This document shows, in pieces, positions 52,660 through 64,000 of a DNA stretch of 64,000 nt. The position numbers were made by a program, and so were the translations under genes. The stretch is from Callorhinchus milii. Taxonomy: Eukaryota. The DNA lies in assembly GCF_018977255.1 (NCBI RefSeq), contig NW_024704742.1, positions 113,896,001 through 113,960,000 on the forward strand. The letters are read 5' to 3'. How positions within the stretch are numbered: the first letter of the stretch is position 1; each line of letters starts with the position of its first letter. The notes below the pieces were generated by a model. That model did not search any database. It saw only the letters and a program-made list of their open reading frames with translations, and was not told where the DNA came from.

Positions 52660-52961
52660 CTGCTCAGCAGCCACTGGCTTGCTCCATCTCTCCCACCCTA
52701 TCCTCCCTACCATTGGCAGTCGGGCCTTCAGTCTTTCTGCCCCCACCCTCTGGAACTCCTTCCCGGAATCCTGTTGCCTTGTCCCCTCCCTTGCCTCCTT
52801 TAAGGCCTGTCTCAAGACCTTCCTCTTTGATGGAGCCTAGTGTCATCCTCAACTCACCTCATGCCCTCCACTCCTTTCAATTTCGCCCCCAGCTCAGGTC
52901 AAACGCTTGACTGTCCAGTGCCTTGGGACATCCTCCTGACATGAAATGTAATTTGTTGTTG
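52660..52961 (+). mobile_element. L2 3' end
   Basis: PTIGSRAFSLSAPTLWNS...SFKACLKTFLF. Confidence 0.9.
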
Positions 52962-55069
52962 GTGTCGTTATTATCTGGATTACCTCAGAGAACAAATTAA
53001 CCCTGCAAAATTGTAACGTGTGTAAAGTGCCCTCTGTTACTTTCAAATCCAGAATGTAAATATAATTGCACACAGTTTGCTTTTGGCATGCCAGTGCCTG
53101 TGATTCTGCTAACACAACTGTATTTTCCATCTGGCTTTGCAAATGGTACTTGGGCCAGAGCCCCTACAAGGGAGCCTGTACTCTGAGTCATTGGAGGTGA
53201 CATGTCAGTCTCTGTTATAGTGGGTAGAGGGAAGATAAATTACAGAATCAGCCTGTTAATGCATTCACCATCAGGAATAAGGCAATAGTTGTGCTTGTGC
53301 CACAGAAAGGGATCATTTCTGCCAATGTCTTGTGCAATTTCCTACTCCTTCCAAACTATTGTCTGAAGTATCCGATTATCATCATTTAAACACAATTTTT
53401 GTAAAACTCAGCACAGCAGTAGCAAGACAAAAATAATTCATTCCTTTTTTTGACAAAAAAATTACAAACGAGAATGCTACTCCCTATTCTTGTTTCTTGA
53501 TTCAATGTGTTTTAATTAAATGTAATGCAATGGAATGCGAGGTTATACATTTAGGGTAGAAGAATAAGGAGAGCAATAATTTGATAAATTATACAATTTT
53601 GAAAGAGAAGAAACACCTCGGAGTTAATATAGTTAAATCCTTAAAAGTGGAAAAGCAGGTGGACAAAACTGTGACTTTTTTATTTTTTAATTCTAGATAT
53701 AAGAATTTTTTTTAATGTCAATGATTTTTTATACCTAGAGAATAAAGATAAAATCATGCAACATTGTTCAATGAGAGGTTGAAGCCCGATTGAAATGGAA
53801 TTTAAGTGCATTTTGTAAGTACAAGATTTGATCTTCCAGGAATTTTATTATTTTCAAACTTGTCCCTTCTGTTGACAAGAAAAATAAATTTGTGCAGCTC
53901 CTTTCACCAGCCAGTAAACATTGCTTAATCCTCTCCATTCAGCATTCATTATTCAATTGAATAAAATTCTACTGAGAAAACAAGTTTCTTATAGTTAGAT
54001 CTTAGCTTTATTAGCAATGTTGTCTCTATGCAATAAATTATTTGAACTTGTTTAATCATTGCACATAGCTCATTCGTCTAACACTGGGTATCATCCTCGT
54101 TGCTCTGTTGCGCATTGCCTCTGGAACCAAGGTCCTTATGTTGCAGTAACCAGATCTATTCATAGTACTCTTAAGTGTGGCTAATGAACATTGCAATTAA
54201 TGTTGCACAATTACTACTTTCAAATCTTCATAATGCTTGAAAAACAGGATTATTAGAAAGTATGGAAAATGAGTAGGAAAATGGTATTGAATTGGGTGTC
54301 TCATCATTGGAAAACATTACCAGGAAGGGTGGATCAATCCAGGATGGTGCTTATTCAAGAACCAGCTTGATATGGTTATAGGATGATTCTAGCATGGGTG
54401 ATTTGGAAGGACGGGGTGAAATATGACTTGTTCCTTTGCTGTAACCTTTATGATTCAATTCTGATTCTTCCAAACTCCTTCACCTGATATGTTCTACTTA
54501 TTCTCACTCTTTTCTGAATTTTCGAAGTCAATCTTTAAACTTTATCATTCACTAGTTGTATGGATACAATTTGCAATGTTTTAATACTATAGCCATTGAT
54601 ATCACTGCTCTTAGAAGAAATAATGTCATTAAGTAGTGTTTTATTAATATTTCTGGCAATCTTTAATAACATTTGCATTGCTGCTTCAAGCATAAAGTTG
54701 AATAGATATTTGGAGAGAAGAAAACTTTGGGTATGCTGAATAGCATTGCAATGAATCTGTTAATTCATTCCTAGTTTGGCACCTTCATTTTACTTTGCAA
54801 GTCTTTGATTTTCCATCAACCTTTCTTTGAATAAATATAACACTTACAACTTCCCAATATTCTTCCAGCCTCATCATATTACATGTGTAGATGTGCCCTT
54901 TACACACAATTACACATATCAGGACTTCAAGACTTTTAACTCACATAATCAAGGGTGATTCTCCTTTGCAGTGTTGGGAGAAGCTTTGCGTTGTCAGAGG
55001 TGCCCTCCTTCGAATGAAACATAAGAACATGAGAAATGTTAGATGAAAAAAAGACCAAAGTCCATCTAC

Positions 55070-55328
55070 TCCAGGCAGAGGGCGAAACCTTGGGCAAGTT
55101 TCCTTACTCCACACGCCTAATAATAATCCCTCCAAAACCAAAAACAATAATAAATTGGTCATTTTCAATCTACGACTGTTTGTGGGACATTGCTGTGCGC
55201 AATTGACTGCCACGTTCGCCCACAAATATACAGTCAATTCACTTTACAGTGTGTTCTGTGAAGCGCTTTGGGACGTCCTCCCGACGTGAAAAGCGCTATA
55301 TCAAATGCAAGGATTATTATTATTATTA
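55070..55328 (+). mobile_element. Young composite SINE, short variant (CTCCC loop), 5'-truncated
   Basis: Near-identical to the 23840 and 55895 copies. Confidence 0.97.
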
Positions 55329-55329
55329 C

Positions 55330-55650
55330 TCTGCCTTCCTATTTCCTCTGGTGGGGGAATACAGAATAAGGAGGCATAATCTTAAAGTTAGGTCTTGGAC
55401 ATTTAGGAATGAAATTAGGAGGCGGTTTTTCACCCAACGGGTAATGAAAATCTGGAACTCTCTCCCCCAAAAGGCTGTGGATGCTGGATCCATTCACATT
55501 TTCAAGTCAGATGTAGATAGATATTTGTTAAGTCAGAGTATTAAGGAATATGGTACAACGATGGGACTTGAGGTACAGATCAGCCATGATCTTATTAAAT
55601 GGTGGAACAGGCAAGAGGTGCTGAATAGCCTACTCCTGTTTCTATGTTTC
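55330..55650 (+). mobile_element. CR1 3' end
   Basis: LFPLVGE...RFFTQRVMKIWNSLPQKAVDAGS. Confidence 0.92.
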
Positions 55651-55894
55651 TCTGTGGTCGCATGCAAATGTCCTGAACTACTTATGTACTATATCCCACA
55701 ATGTTATTAAAAGAAAATGATCTAATCTGTGTTTGAAGGAATCAACACTTCCTGCTTCAACCATCTCCCTAAGGAGCCTGTTCCACAGGTTCACTAGTCG
55801 CTCACTGAAATAGAGTTTCCGTAGATTCGTTCGGAATTTACATCCCCTTCAATCACAGGCCGTGACATCTGGTTTTACTATTCTGGACTAGTTG

Positions 55895-56225
55895 AATAAT
55901 AATAATAATAATAATAATAATCCTTGCATTTGATATAGCGCTTTTCACGTCGGGAGGACGTCCCAAAGCGCTTCACAGAACACACTGTAAAGTGAATTGA
56001 CTGTATATTTGTGGGCGAACGCGGCAGCCAATTGCGCACAGCAATGTCCCACAAACAGTCGTGGATTGAAAATGACCAATTTATTATTGTTTTTTTTTGG
56101 TTTTGGAGGGATTATTATTAGGCGTGTGGAGTAAGGAAACTTGCCCAAGGTTTCGCCCTGCCTGGAATTGAACTCAGGTCTCTAGCTTGCAAAGCGAGTG
56201 CACAACCACTGAGCTACAGGACTCC
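55895..56225 (-). mobile_element. Young composite SINE, short variant (CTCCC loop), full length, TGAATA flanking duplication
   Basis: Complete head to (TAA)n tail; tgaata on both sides. Confidence 0.97.
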
Positions 56226-56250
56226 TGAATAGTAAACCCATGTCATGATC

Positions 56251-56672
56251 TACAACAACAAAAACAAAAAATTACACTTGTATAGTGCCCTTCACGTTGG
56301 AAAGATTTACCAGGGCGTTCGACAATCAAGGGTTTTTGTACCCGAGCTGGGAGTTGGGGTCAGGAGGGGTGGAGGGCAGGGGAGTGGTGGTAGGAAGGTG
56401 GCCGAAGGCATGGTTGAAGAGGAAGGTCTTGAAGGGACTTGAATGAGGCAAGAGTGTGGGGGCAGAGATGCTGAATGCCTGACCACCATTGGTGGGGTGG
56501 GAAGTGTGGGGAACCTAAAGCGGAGGGACCGGACAGGCTGATATGGTGTTAGGAGGTTGGAGAGGTAAGAGGAGCAAAACCATGGAAGGCTTTCAAGGTG
56601 AGAACGAGGGATTTGTACTTGATTCTCTGAGGGATTGGGAGCCAGTGAAGCCGGGCAAGAATGGGGGCAAGA
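56251..56672 (-). mobile_element. L2 3' end
   Basis: Tail and YLSNLLTPYQPVRSLR. Confidence 0.88.
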
Positions 56673-56674
56673 AT

Positions 56675-57146
56675 CTGCATTGTCTAGCCCCTTTACAATC
56701 TTAAAGACAGCAATCATATTGCCTCTCAATCTTCTCTTTTCCAGCATGAAGATGCCCAATTTACTTAGTTGTCCTCATTGTCCAGTCCCTCCATTCTCTC
56801 GATCATTTTGGTGACCTCCTCTGTACCCTCTCGAGTTCTGCCATATCCTTTTTGTACTGGGGCAGCCAGAACTGTATTTAATATTCTAAATACGGTCTCA
56901 CCGATGATTTATACAGTGGTAGGATTACCCCATTATTTTGGCTTGTTATTGATATTTTGATACATCCCAACATCTGGTTTGCTTTATTCACTGCCACAGA
57001 GCTTTGTTGCGAGAGCTTCAATTTATTGTCAATCAGGCCCCCTAGGTCCTTTTCATTTCCCATACATATTATTTTCCTTCTATTCAAATAATAGTCCCTT
57101 CCAAGATTTTTGTCACCAATTGAAGTACTTTACATTTCTCCACATT
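56675..57146 (-). mobile_element. CR1 fragment
   Basis: EKDLGGLIDNKL...KANQMLGCIK...LPLYKSSVRPYLEY. Confidence 0.9.
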
Positions 57147-58660
57147 GAACAGCCTGACTCCGAGCCGGGAGGGTGGGTGTGGGCGGGGTGGGAAAGTGGC
57201 CATAAGCACAGTCAAAGAGAAGGGTTTTCAGGCGAGTCTCAAAAAAGGGGAGAGAGGGGGAAAGGCAGATGGATTGAGGGAGAGTGTTCCAGAGTTTTGG
57301 GGCGTAGTGGCTGAAAGTGCGACAAAGGCGGAGGGTGCGAGGGATGAGCAGGAGGCCGGTGCCAGTTGAGGGAGGTGCCGGGTGGTGAACTGGGGAATGA
57401 GGAGGTCGGAGAGGTAGGGAGATGCCAAAGAATGAATGGATTTGAACACGAGTGTGAGGATCTTGAGGTCGATCCGTTCGGTGATGGGGAGCCAGTGGAG
57501 CCTGACCAGAACTGGTGAGATGTGGGAACCGAGTTTGGTCCAGGTCAGTATGTGGGCGGCAGAGTTCTGAATGAGCTGGATCTTGTGAATGGTGGAGCTG
57601 GGGAGACCGGGGAGGAGTGCGTTGGAGTAATCCAAGTGGGAGGTGACAAACACATGAATGAGTGGGGTCCTGTAGCTCAGTGGTTAGAGCACTCGCTTTG
57701 CAAGTGAGAGACCTGAGTTCAATTCCAGGCAGGGCGAAAGGTTTCCTTACTCCACACGCCTAATAATAATCCCTCAAAAAAAAGAAAAAAACAATAATAA
57801 GTTGGTCATTTTCAATCCACGACTGTTTGTGGTACACTGTTGTGCGCAATTGCTGCCGCGTTCGCCCACAAATATACAGTCAATTCACTTTAGAGTATAT
57901 TCTCGCTTTGGGACATCTAGAAGACGTGAAAAGCGTTATATCAAATGCAAGATTATTATTATTATTATGATGATGAGGGTTTCGGCTGCATTGTGGTAAG
58001 GTGCGGTCGGAGGCGGGCAATGTGACGGAGGTGGAAGAAAGTGATCCTGATCAGGGACCAGATGTGGGGGAGGAAGAACAGCTGGGGGTTGAACCGGGTG
58101 CCTAGGTTGCGCACTGGTTTGGTGAGTCTGAGGGAGAGCCCAGGGAGGTTGAGGAGTTTAGATCCGCAGGAGTGAATGCATTGACGGGAGCCAAGGAGTA
58201 TGGCTTCCATCTTGTCCATATTCAGCTGCAGGAAGTTTACACTCATCCAGGCCCTGATGTCTGCCAGACAAGCTGATAGAACATCGGCGGACCTGGAGTT
58301 GGTACTGAAGGAGGCAAAGTAGATTTGTGTGTCATCCGCATACATGTGGAAGTTTACCCCATGTGTGCGGATGGACATTGCCCAGAGGGAGCATATAGAT
58401 AAGGAAAAGAGTAGGGCCAAGGATGGAGCCCTGGGATACCCGCATGTGACCGGGTGGAAGCGGGAGGAGAAACCATTTGCTGAGATGAAATGGAGACGGT
58501 TGATTAAGTAGGACTCGACCCATGGGAGTGCGTTTCCACTAAGGTAGAATAGGGAGGAAAGATGGTGGAGGAAGATGGCATGGTCGACTGAATCGAAAGT
58601 GGCAGAGAGATCCAGGAGGATGAGGAGTTAGAGGGAGCCCTGATCACAGATAGAAAGAAT
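57147..58660 (-). mobile_element. L2 RT-containing fragment interrupted by a SINE
   Basis: SQGSILGP, FHMYADDTQIY and [15 protein letters not shown]. Confidence 0.95.
57664..57967 (+). mobile_element. Composite SINE, short variant (TAGAA loop), inserted in L2 with an ATGAG duplication
   Basis: Full head; the host L2 reads atgaatgag before and atgatgagggtttc after. Confidence 0.95.
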
Positions 58661-58689
58661 GTTGTTCCAGATTTTGGGGGAGTAGTGGC

Positions 58690-59330
58690 TGACAGCCTTC
58701 CCCTTACCAAGCTCCCTTTTCATACTTTTAGAGAAAAACAGTAAATTCGATTGGCAAGATCTTCACTTCATGAACCCATATTGGCTATCATTTATGATTT
58801 TATTTCTGTCCAGGTGCTCCGTGATTTTACTCTTAATAAGAGCCTCCATAATTTTACCCACAATGGATATCAAACTTACTGATCTGTAGTTTCCAGGGTC
58901 ACTTTTGTTACCTTTCTTAAAAATGGGAGTAACATCTGCCTTTCTCCAGTCCCCCGGCACCTCCCCAGTATTCAGTGATTTTTGAAAGATTTTGCCAGCG
59001 TTTCTGTGACTTCCTCCGTTAGTTCCTTAAGAATCTTCGGATGCAATTCATCCGGCTCCTGAGATTTATTTACCTTAAGTTTGCACAGCTGTTTGGCAAT
59101 CATGCTGGTAGTGATATGAATAGTGTTGCAACTTTCCTCTGCAACATCCTTGAGTTCTCTTTCCAGATCAGATAGTTTACCCATCTCCTCCTCAGTATAA
59201 ACTGATGCAAACAACTTATTTAGCACTATTGCGGCCTGTGCACCATTATTTGTCATGTCCTCTTCTGAACTCACCTTCAGTGGCCCTATTCTATCGCTTG
59301 TTTTTCTTTTTCTTGTAACTGAAAACCGTT
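58690..59330 (-). mobile_element. CR1 ORF2 fragment
   Basis: PDELHPKILKEL and PGDWRKADVTPIFKKG...PGNYRSVSL...SQYGF. Confidence 0.95.
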
Positions 59331-60366
59331 TTGTTATTAAACTGAGGTCCTGTCAGCCTGCGTAGGTGGATGTTACAGATCCAAAGGCACTACTCAAAAT
59401 ATAAGGGACTTTTTCCCAGTGCCTTAGTCAATAATTCTCCACCCCCCACCACCCCCGCCTCCTCTTCTGCAATACTTTCACAAGTGAACAACTTTGTGAA
59501 TAGCATTCATACTAGTCAAACTCATGCCTGATACATAGGTGTGCTTGAATTCATTCCTGGTTATTGAGATAAATGGGTTAGTTTTATACAGCCTGTTTAC
59601 GTGCACAGTATATTATGTTACATTCAATGTCTACAATTCCAAAATACCACAAATGCATGTGTTTTATTTGTCATTATTTTTAAAAAGTTTACTCCAGGAA
59701 GTGATCATGCTGAAGGTACAGTCAATGTTAGTACTCCTAATAAATCATACTATTTACACATCTGAGTAAACAAAATACAAGGATTATTCAAATATTAGCA
59801 TTTACAGTGGGCATCGTTCCCAAGAACAGACTAGTGTGAGCTATTGAAACTGGCAGCTACTTTCAGGCTTTTGTAATGTTCTACACAAAGCTAAACAGTG
59901 AAGTGTACTGGAGCACTGGATGACTGGATTTAATCCAGGAGAAACCAGCCTAGGGCTAGAGGGAAGTGAGCAAGAGCAAAATGACTGCCATCACCATGAG
60001 CTAATTGGTTTATGGCTTAGCCTTAGTGTTTCTTATGTTCTGTGTTTTACAATGATGTACTATAGATGTAATCTTCACCAATAGATCACTGTGGTTTTTA
60101 CCACACTAGATCAATATAATTATTCAACCGAGCCTAACTCCTGCCTGAAACAGCTCTACATTTATGAAAGACTGTTTGGAAGGTAGCAATTAGAACCTTC
60201 CCCCGATAATTGACAATCTGTTTCTATTTACACCACAGCTGTAGCTTTGTTGATCTCTTTGTTGCCGCAGTACAGAGTTTGCCAACTTAAGTCACCAGGT
60301 TGTTTAGGAAATGATTCTCAATGTTCACTCAAACCTTTACTATTGTCTGTTTAACTAGTTCTTAAC

Positions 60367-60425
60367 CAACAACAACAACTTGCATTTATATAGCGCCCTC
60401 CACGCAGGGTAGCGTCCCAGAGCGC
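60367..60425 (-). mobile_element. Hairpin-only 3' end of the second L2 family
   Basis: GCGCTCTGGGACGCTACCCTGCGTGGAGGGCGCT and (TTG)n on the minus strand. Confidence 0.8.
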
Positions 60426-61033
60426 ATCATAATGGGCCAAATGATTCCCTTGACTGCAGGTGCGGTCAAGGGAATCATAGAGCAAGAAACAATTGGATCT
60501 TTTACTTGTTTCAGTCCTTTTGTTCCTCATTGTATTTCACTTTAGGCTATTTGTTCATCACCCATCATTTCGAATTATTAGTCCTGCCAGGTCAGTGAGT
60601 TGAAGCTTTTATGTTTCATTGAAATTACAGCAACTCTTTCAATAGTTAGGAAACTTTAAAAACAGCCCAATTCCACTGTTTGATCTTTGCTTCATTGGTC
60701 TAAGTCTTGCAGCTGCCTAACCCTTGAAAGTGGCAATGTCGTGTGCTGCATTTACACAGTTCTTATTTACTTTTCATATCTTTGTGATTGCTGTTGACAT
60801 ATCTTGAAGCTGGAGCAATTTTCATATTTTTTCCTGATCTTCCAATCTTCTAGGACTGAGCTGCATAAATCAAATGAAGTTTCTAGCAAAGGTGTTCTGC
60901 CTACTACCAGCCTTCAAATGCGTTGAAGAGAGCTACAAACATTCAAGTGTGTCTAAGTCTGCTAACAAAGCACAAGGCAGGAGCAGCATAATAAGGTAAC
61001 TGTTTGTTTATTACATTTTTACTTGAGAATGTC

Positions 61034-61292
61034 ATTGGGGCCTAATTTTCAGGTTGAGTTGCCAACCTATTTGCAAAATTTAGCTTAACCATGTGCAAGT
61101 GCATGTGCATTAGAGGGCATAATAGTTCAGGGACTCTTAGTTATCCAACGAAAGGATTGCAGGTGATTACATAACTTTTTATATAGTTTGCCTATTATGT
61201 AATTAAGGGCACCAGTATGTGTTTACAAATAGTTAGTCCAACGTACAAACTTTGTATGAGTTGTTATCCTAACCTATGAATTAGACCTCAAT
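61034..61292. mobile_element. Candidate MITE-like element (Harbinger-like termini)
   Basis: Imperfect 22-bp inverted ends ATTGGGGCCTAATTTTCAGGTT / AACCTATGAATTAGACCTCAAT. Confidence 0.45.
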
Positions 61293-62624
61293 AACTGGCT
61301 AATAGTGTAGAACTGAACTCGCCGTTAGATTCAGTGATTGCCCCTAATTTGACAGTACCACACTCTCGAAGCTTTCTTGGTCACAGAGGGCAGCCAAGCT
61401 TTCTTCAATGTTGTCAGCACTTTCAAATTGGGAGAGGGGACCACTTGAAGTTCATCTTCTTTTATTATTCATTAATTTAGTCTGGCAAGTCAAATCGCAA
61501 TTGTTGTAGTGAGAGAAACATTTCACTCATACTCTGATCATTTAACTGCATTCCTTAGATTGGTGTGTGTGTGCCAACATTACAATATATACCAACTTTA
61601 TAGAGTGATACGGCAAGGAAACATGGTCCAACTAGTCCGTGCTGATATTTATACTCCCCACTCATTCCTCTCTCCTATACCTGCTCTATTTCCTTCACTC
61701 ATGTTTGCATCAAGTTTTCTCTTGAATGCATTTGATGCTGTTTGCTTGAACCATGGCTTCCGGCAGTCAGTTCATTTTCATTGCCCTCTGCAATGTATGC
61801 TATATTTACATCCTCAAGTTTTGGACTCACCAACAAGTGGAAATGGATGAGCAACATTTCATTTTATCAAATTCTTTCATACTACAACTGCATAGGCTCA
61901 AAATTGCATTAAATTGTAGCCTGTAAGATGTTGTTTTGACATTTAAGATTGCACAGCATTGTGGAAAATTCCAAATTCAATCTTAATTTGGAAGCCGGTT
62001 GTTTGTAACATCTGTGGAAAAATGGAAAATCTTTTTTTAATCTCATACCATATTATGCTCTCAAGTGTTTTTTCCCACTATAGATACCAACAGTTTTCAG
62101 CCTTATGCCTCATTCCTCTTTTGACTAACTCACAACAATCTGATTATTGTATAAAAACTGCCTTCACTATGTTACTAATTCTGCCATTGAGAGCAGAAAA
62201 TAAACAGAACAATGCAACAGTAACAGAATAGTAACTGTTGTTTTCCTGCAGCACCATAGATTAGTATCCTGGTGTTTTTAATTAATTGACTTAAAGGGTC
62301 AATGAGTAACAGCAAACAAGTTCCTTGGAGATTTTGCCTGTGACGTTTTGCTTCCATTTGTACATTAGGGTGAATTTGTTGAAATGTATGTTACAATATG
62401 GTCCTTTTGAATAATTGGGCTTAATGAGTTAATGTCCTTTCCTAGTAAACACTCCATATTAAATGAAATTTCACAATGCTGCAAAAGAGAAATCGTACTC
62501 TTTATGTACTGACATCTAGAAGAGTAAACAAATAGTAGTCAGTGAAAAGACACATTTATACTAACAATTTAGCAAATTTAAAAGATCTTAGTAAGCTAAT
62601 ATTTGTATAAGAAACATATGTAAC

Positions 62625-62750
62625 TCTTCCCCCTCCATCACCTCCCTTCCAAATCCAACCCCGATCTTGGGTGCATACCCTCACCTCTCCAGTACTTTGA
62701 AATGTCTTCCTAACGTGAAAGGTGCTATATAAATGCAAAGTGTTGTGACT
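62625..62750 (+). mobile_element. Short decayed L2 3' end
   Basis: C-rich UTR and acgtgaaaggtgctatataaatgcaa. Confidence 0.7.
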
Positions 62751-63305
62751 GGACATCCAACTGATTTCAGATTAGTAAATATCAAAGGTTAAGTTGGAAA
62801 AGTCTCTCACTAGTTGCTTTCCTCCAAAATTTCAGGAGACATACGAGGTATGAACCATTGCTTGTAAATCTATTTGTGGTGGGGACTACCATTAAATATG
62901 TTAATGATAGTTAATGATAACAGAAATACAGCAGCTCCTTCATAAATGCTCTTTTTTCAGAGGTCTGAGTGTCTATTTGAAGGGCAGAAAGGATGCCCAG
63001 TATGCAAAAGAGAGGGCTGGTTGGTAGGAATTCACCTCGGTTGTCAATTCTCTTAGTGTTACTCTGAGGACTGCCAGGGAGTTCTGGAAGAACAATTTAA
63101 AATGGAGCATGCAGTACAATGCAATTGTAAATGCATGTACATTGTTTCTGCTTTGGCTATCATGTTCCCCTGTAAAGGAGCAGTATCCTTGAATAACTTG
63201 TGTGTGTTTGCCAAAATGATTAATTGTTTATGTCCATGAACTGTAGATGGCGAAAAATTGTGCATTTTCAAGCTTTACAATTCCTAAAATCCCAACAGAA
63301 TATTT

Positions 63306-63490
63306 AATAATAATATTTTTTGCATTTGTTATAGTGCCTTATCAAATCAACAAGACATCTCAAAGTGCTCACAAAGTATACTGTTAAGTTAATTGACTGT
63401 ATATTTTGTGGGCGAAAAGTGGCAGCCAATTGCACACAGCAGTGTCCCACAAACCGTTGTGGATTGAGTGACCAAATTATTATTATTCAA
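63306..63490 (-). mobile_element. 3' half of composite SINE
   Basis: gcagccaattgcacacagcagtgtcccacaaac. Confidence 0.85.
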
Positions 63491-63614
63491 CGATTGAATA
63501 TTATTGAATAATGAATAGTATTGTGAAATTATGTAAAACATTACAACACTGAGCCTTCTATTGCACGTAAGTCTTGAATATCATGAATTCTGAGTCTATT
63601 GCAGAAGTCCTTGC

Positions 63615-64000
63615 AAGCCTGACTCAATTGGTAGCGCTCTTGTTCCAAGTCAAAAGGTTGTGGGTTCAAGATCCACATTTGCACTTTGCACTCACACAGT
63701 CTTGGCCTGCAGTGTAATCCAGTACTGCGACTTCACTGCATTTTTGGAGGCGTTGTGCATCGGTTGAGATGTTAAACCAAGGTCACATCTGCCTTTTCAG
63801 GTAGGCGTTAAATATTCCATCCAATGATCAAAAAAAGAAGGAGGTTTTTCCTGATTTCCTGGTCAACAATCCTCCAGGTAAAATTAACATTCACTTCATC
63901 ACTGTTTATATATACAGTCTATTCACTTTACACCATATTCTGTGAAGCGCTTTGAGATGTCTAGAAGACGTGAAAAGCGCTATATCAAATGCAAGGATTA
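63615..64000 (+). mobile_element. Deu-SINE ending in a TAGAA-loop SINE tail, running to the window end
   Basis: tRNA head (gactcaattggtagcgctc), Deu body, then agcgctttgagatgtctagaagacgtgaaaagcgct. Confidence 0.85.

Noticed and set aside
1..64000. CRISPR array, prokaryotic operon or endogenous viral gene
   Set aside because: Recurrent motifs are dispersed retroposon tails, not regularly spaced repeats, and no viral or bacterial ORFs were recognised.

Overview
This is vertebrate, largely non-coding DNA, with roughly half of it derived from transposable elements. No intact or recognisable host protein-coding gene, RNA gene, CRISPR array or viral gene was found. Every ORF in the track with recognisable homology comes from a decayed non-LTR retrotransposon (L2 or CR1 reverse-transcriptase fragments) or from SINE text; the rest look like chance ORFs. 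The repeat set includes SacSINE1-like Deu-domain SINEs, (TTG)n-tailed L2s and CR1s. It points to a cartilaginous fish, probably a holocephalan (inference). The main observations are: (1) a young composite SINE (tRNA-Ala head + CORE-like block + 3' half of Deu domain + L2 tail) in long and ~62-bp-deleted forms; (2) a shared L2/SINE 3' stem-loop with compensatory stem changes, where the youngest SINEs carry the 5-nt loop of the youngest L2; (3) several ~65-75 bp hairpin-only insertions starting at the same base; (4) a fossil R4/Dong-type restriction-like-endonuclease retrotransposon next to a (TAA)n run, which is mostly invisible in the ORF track; (5) a candidate recursive splice site, a candidate solo LTR, several MITE-like elements and repeat-free blocks that may be conserved non-coding elements. 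Repeat boundaries were read by eye and are approximate (about +/-10-30 bp). No searches were run.
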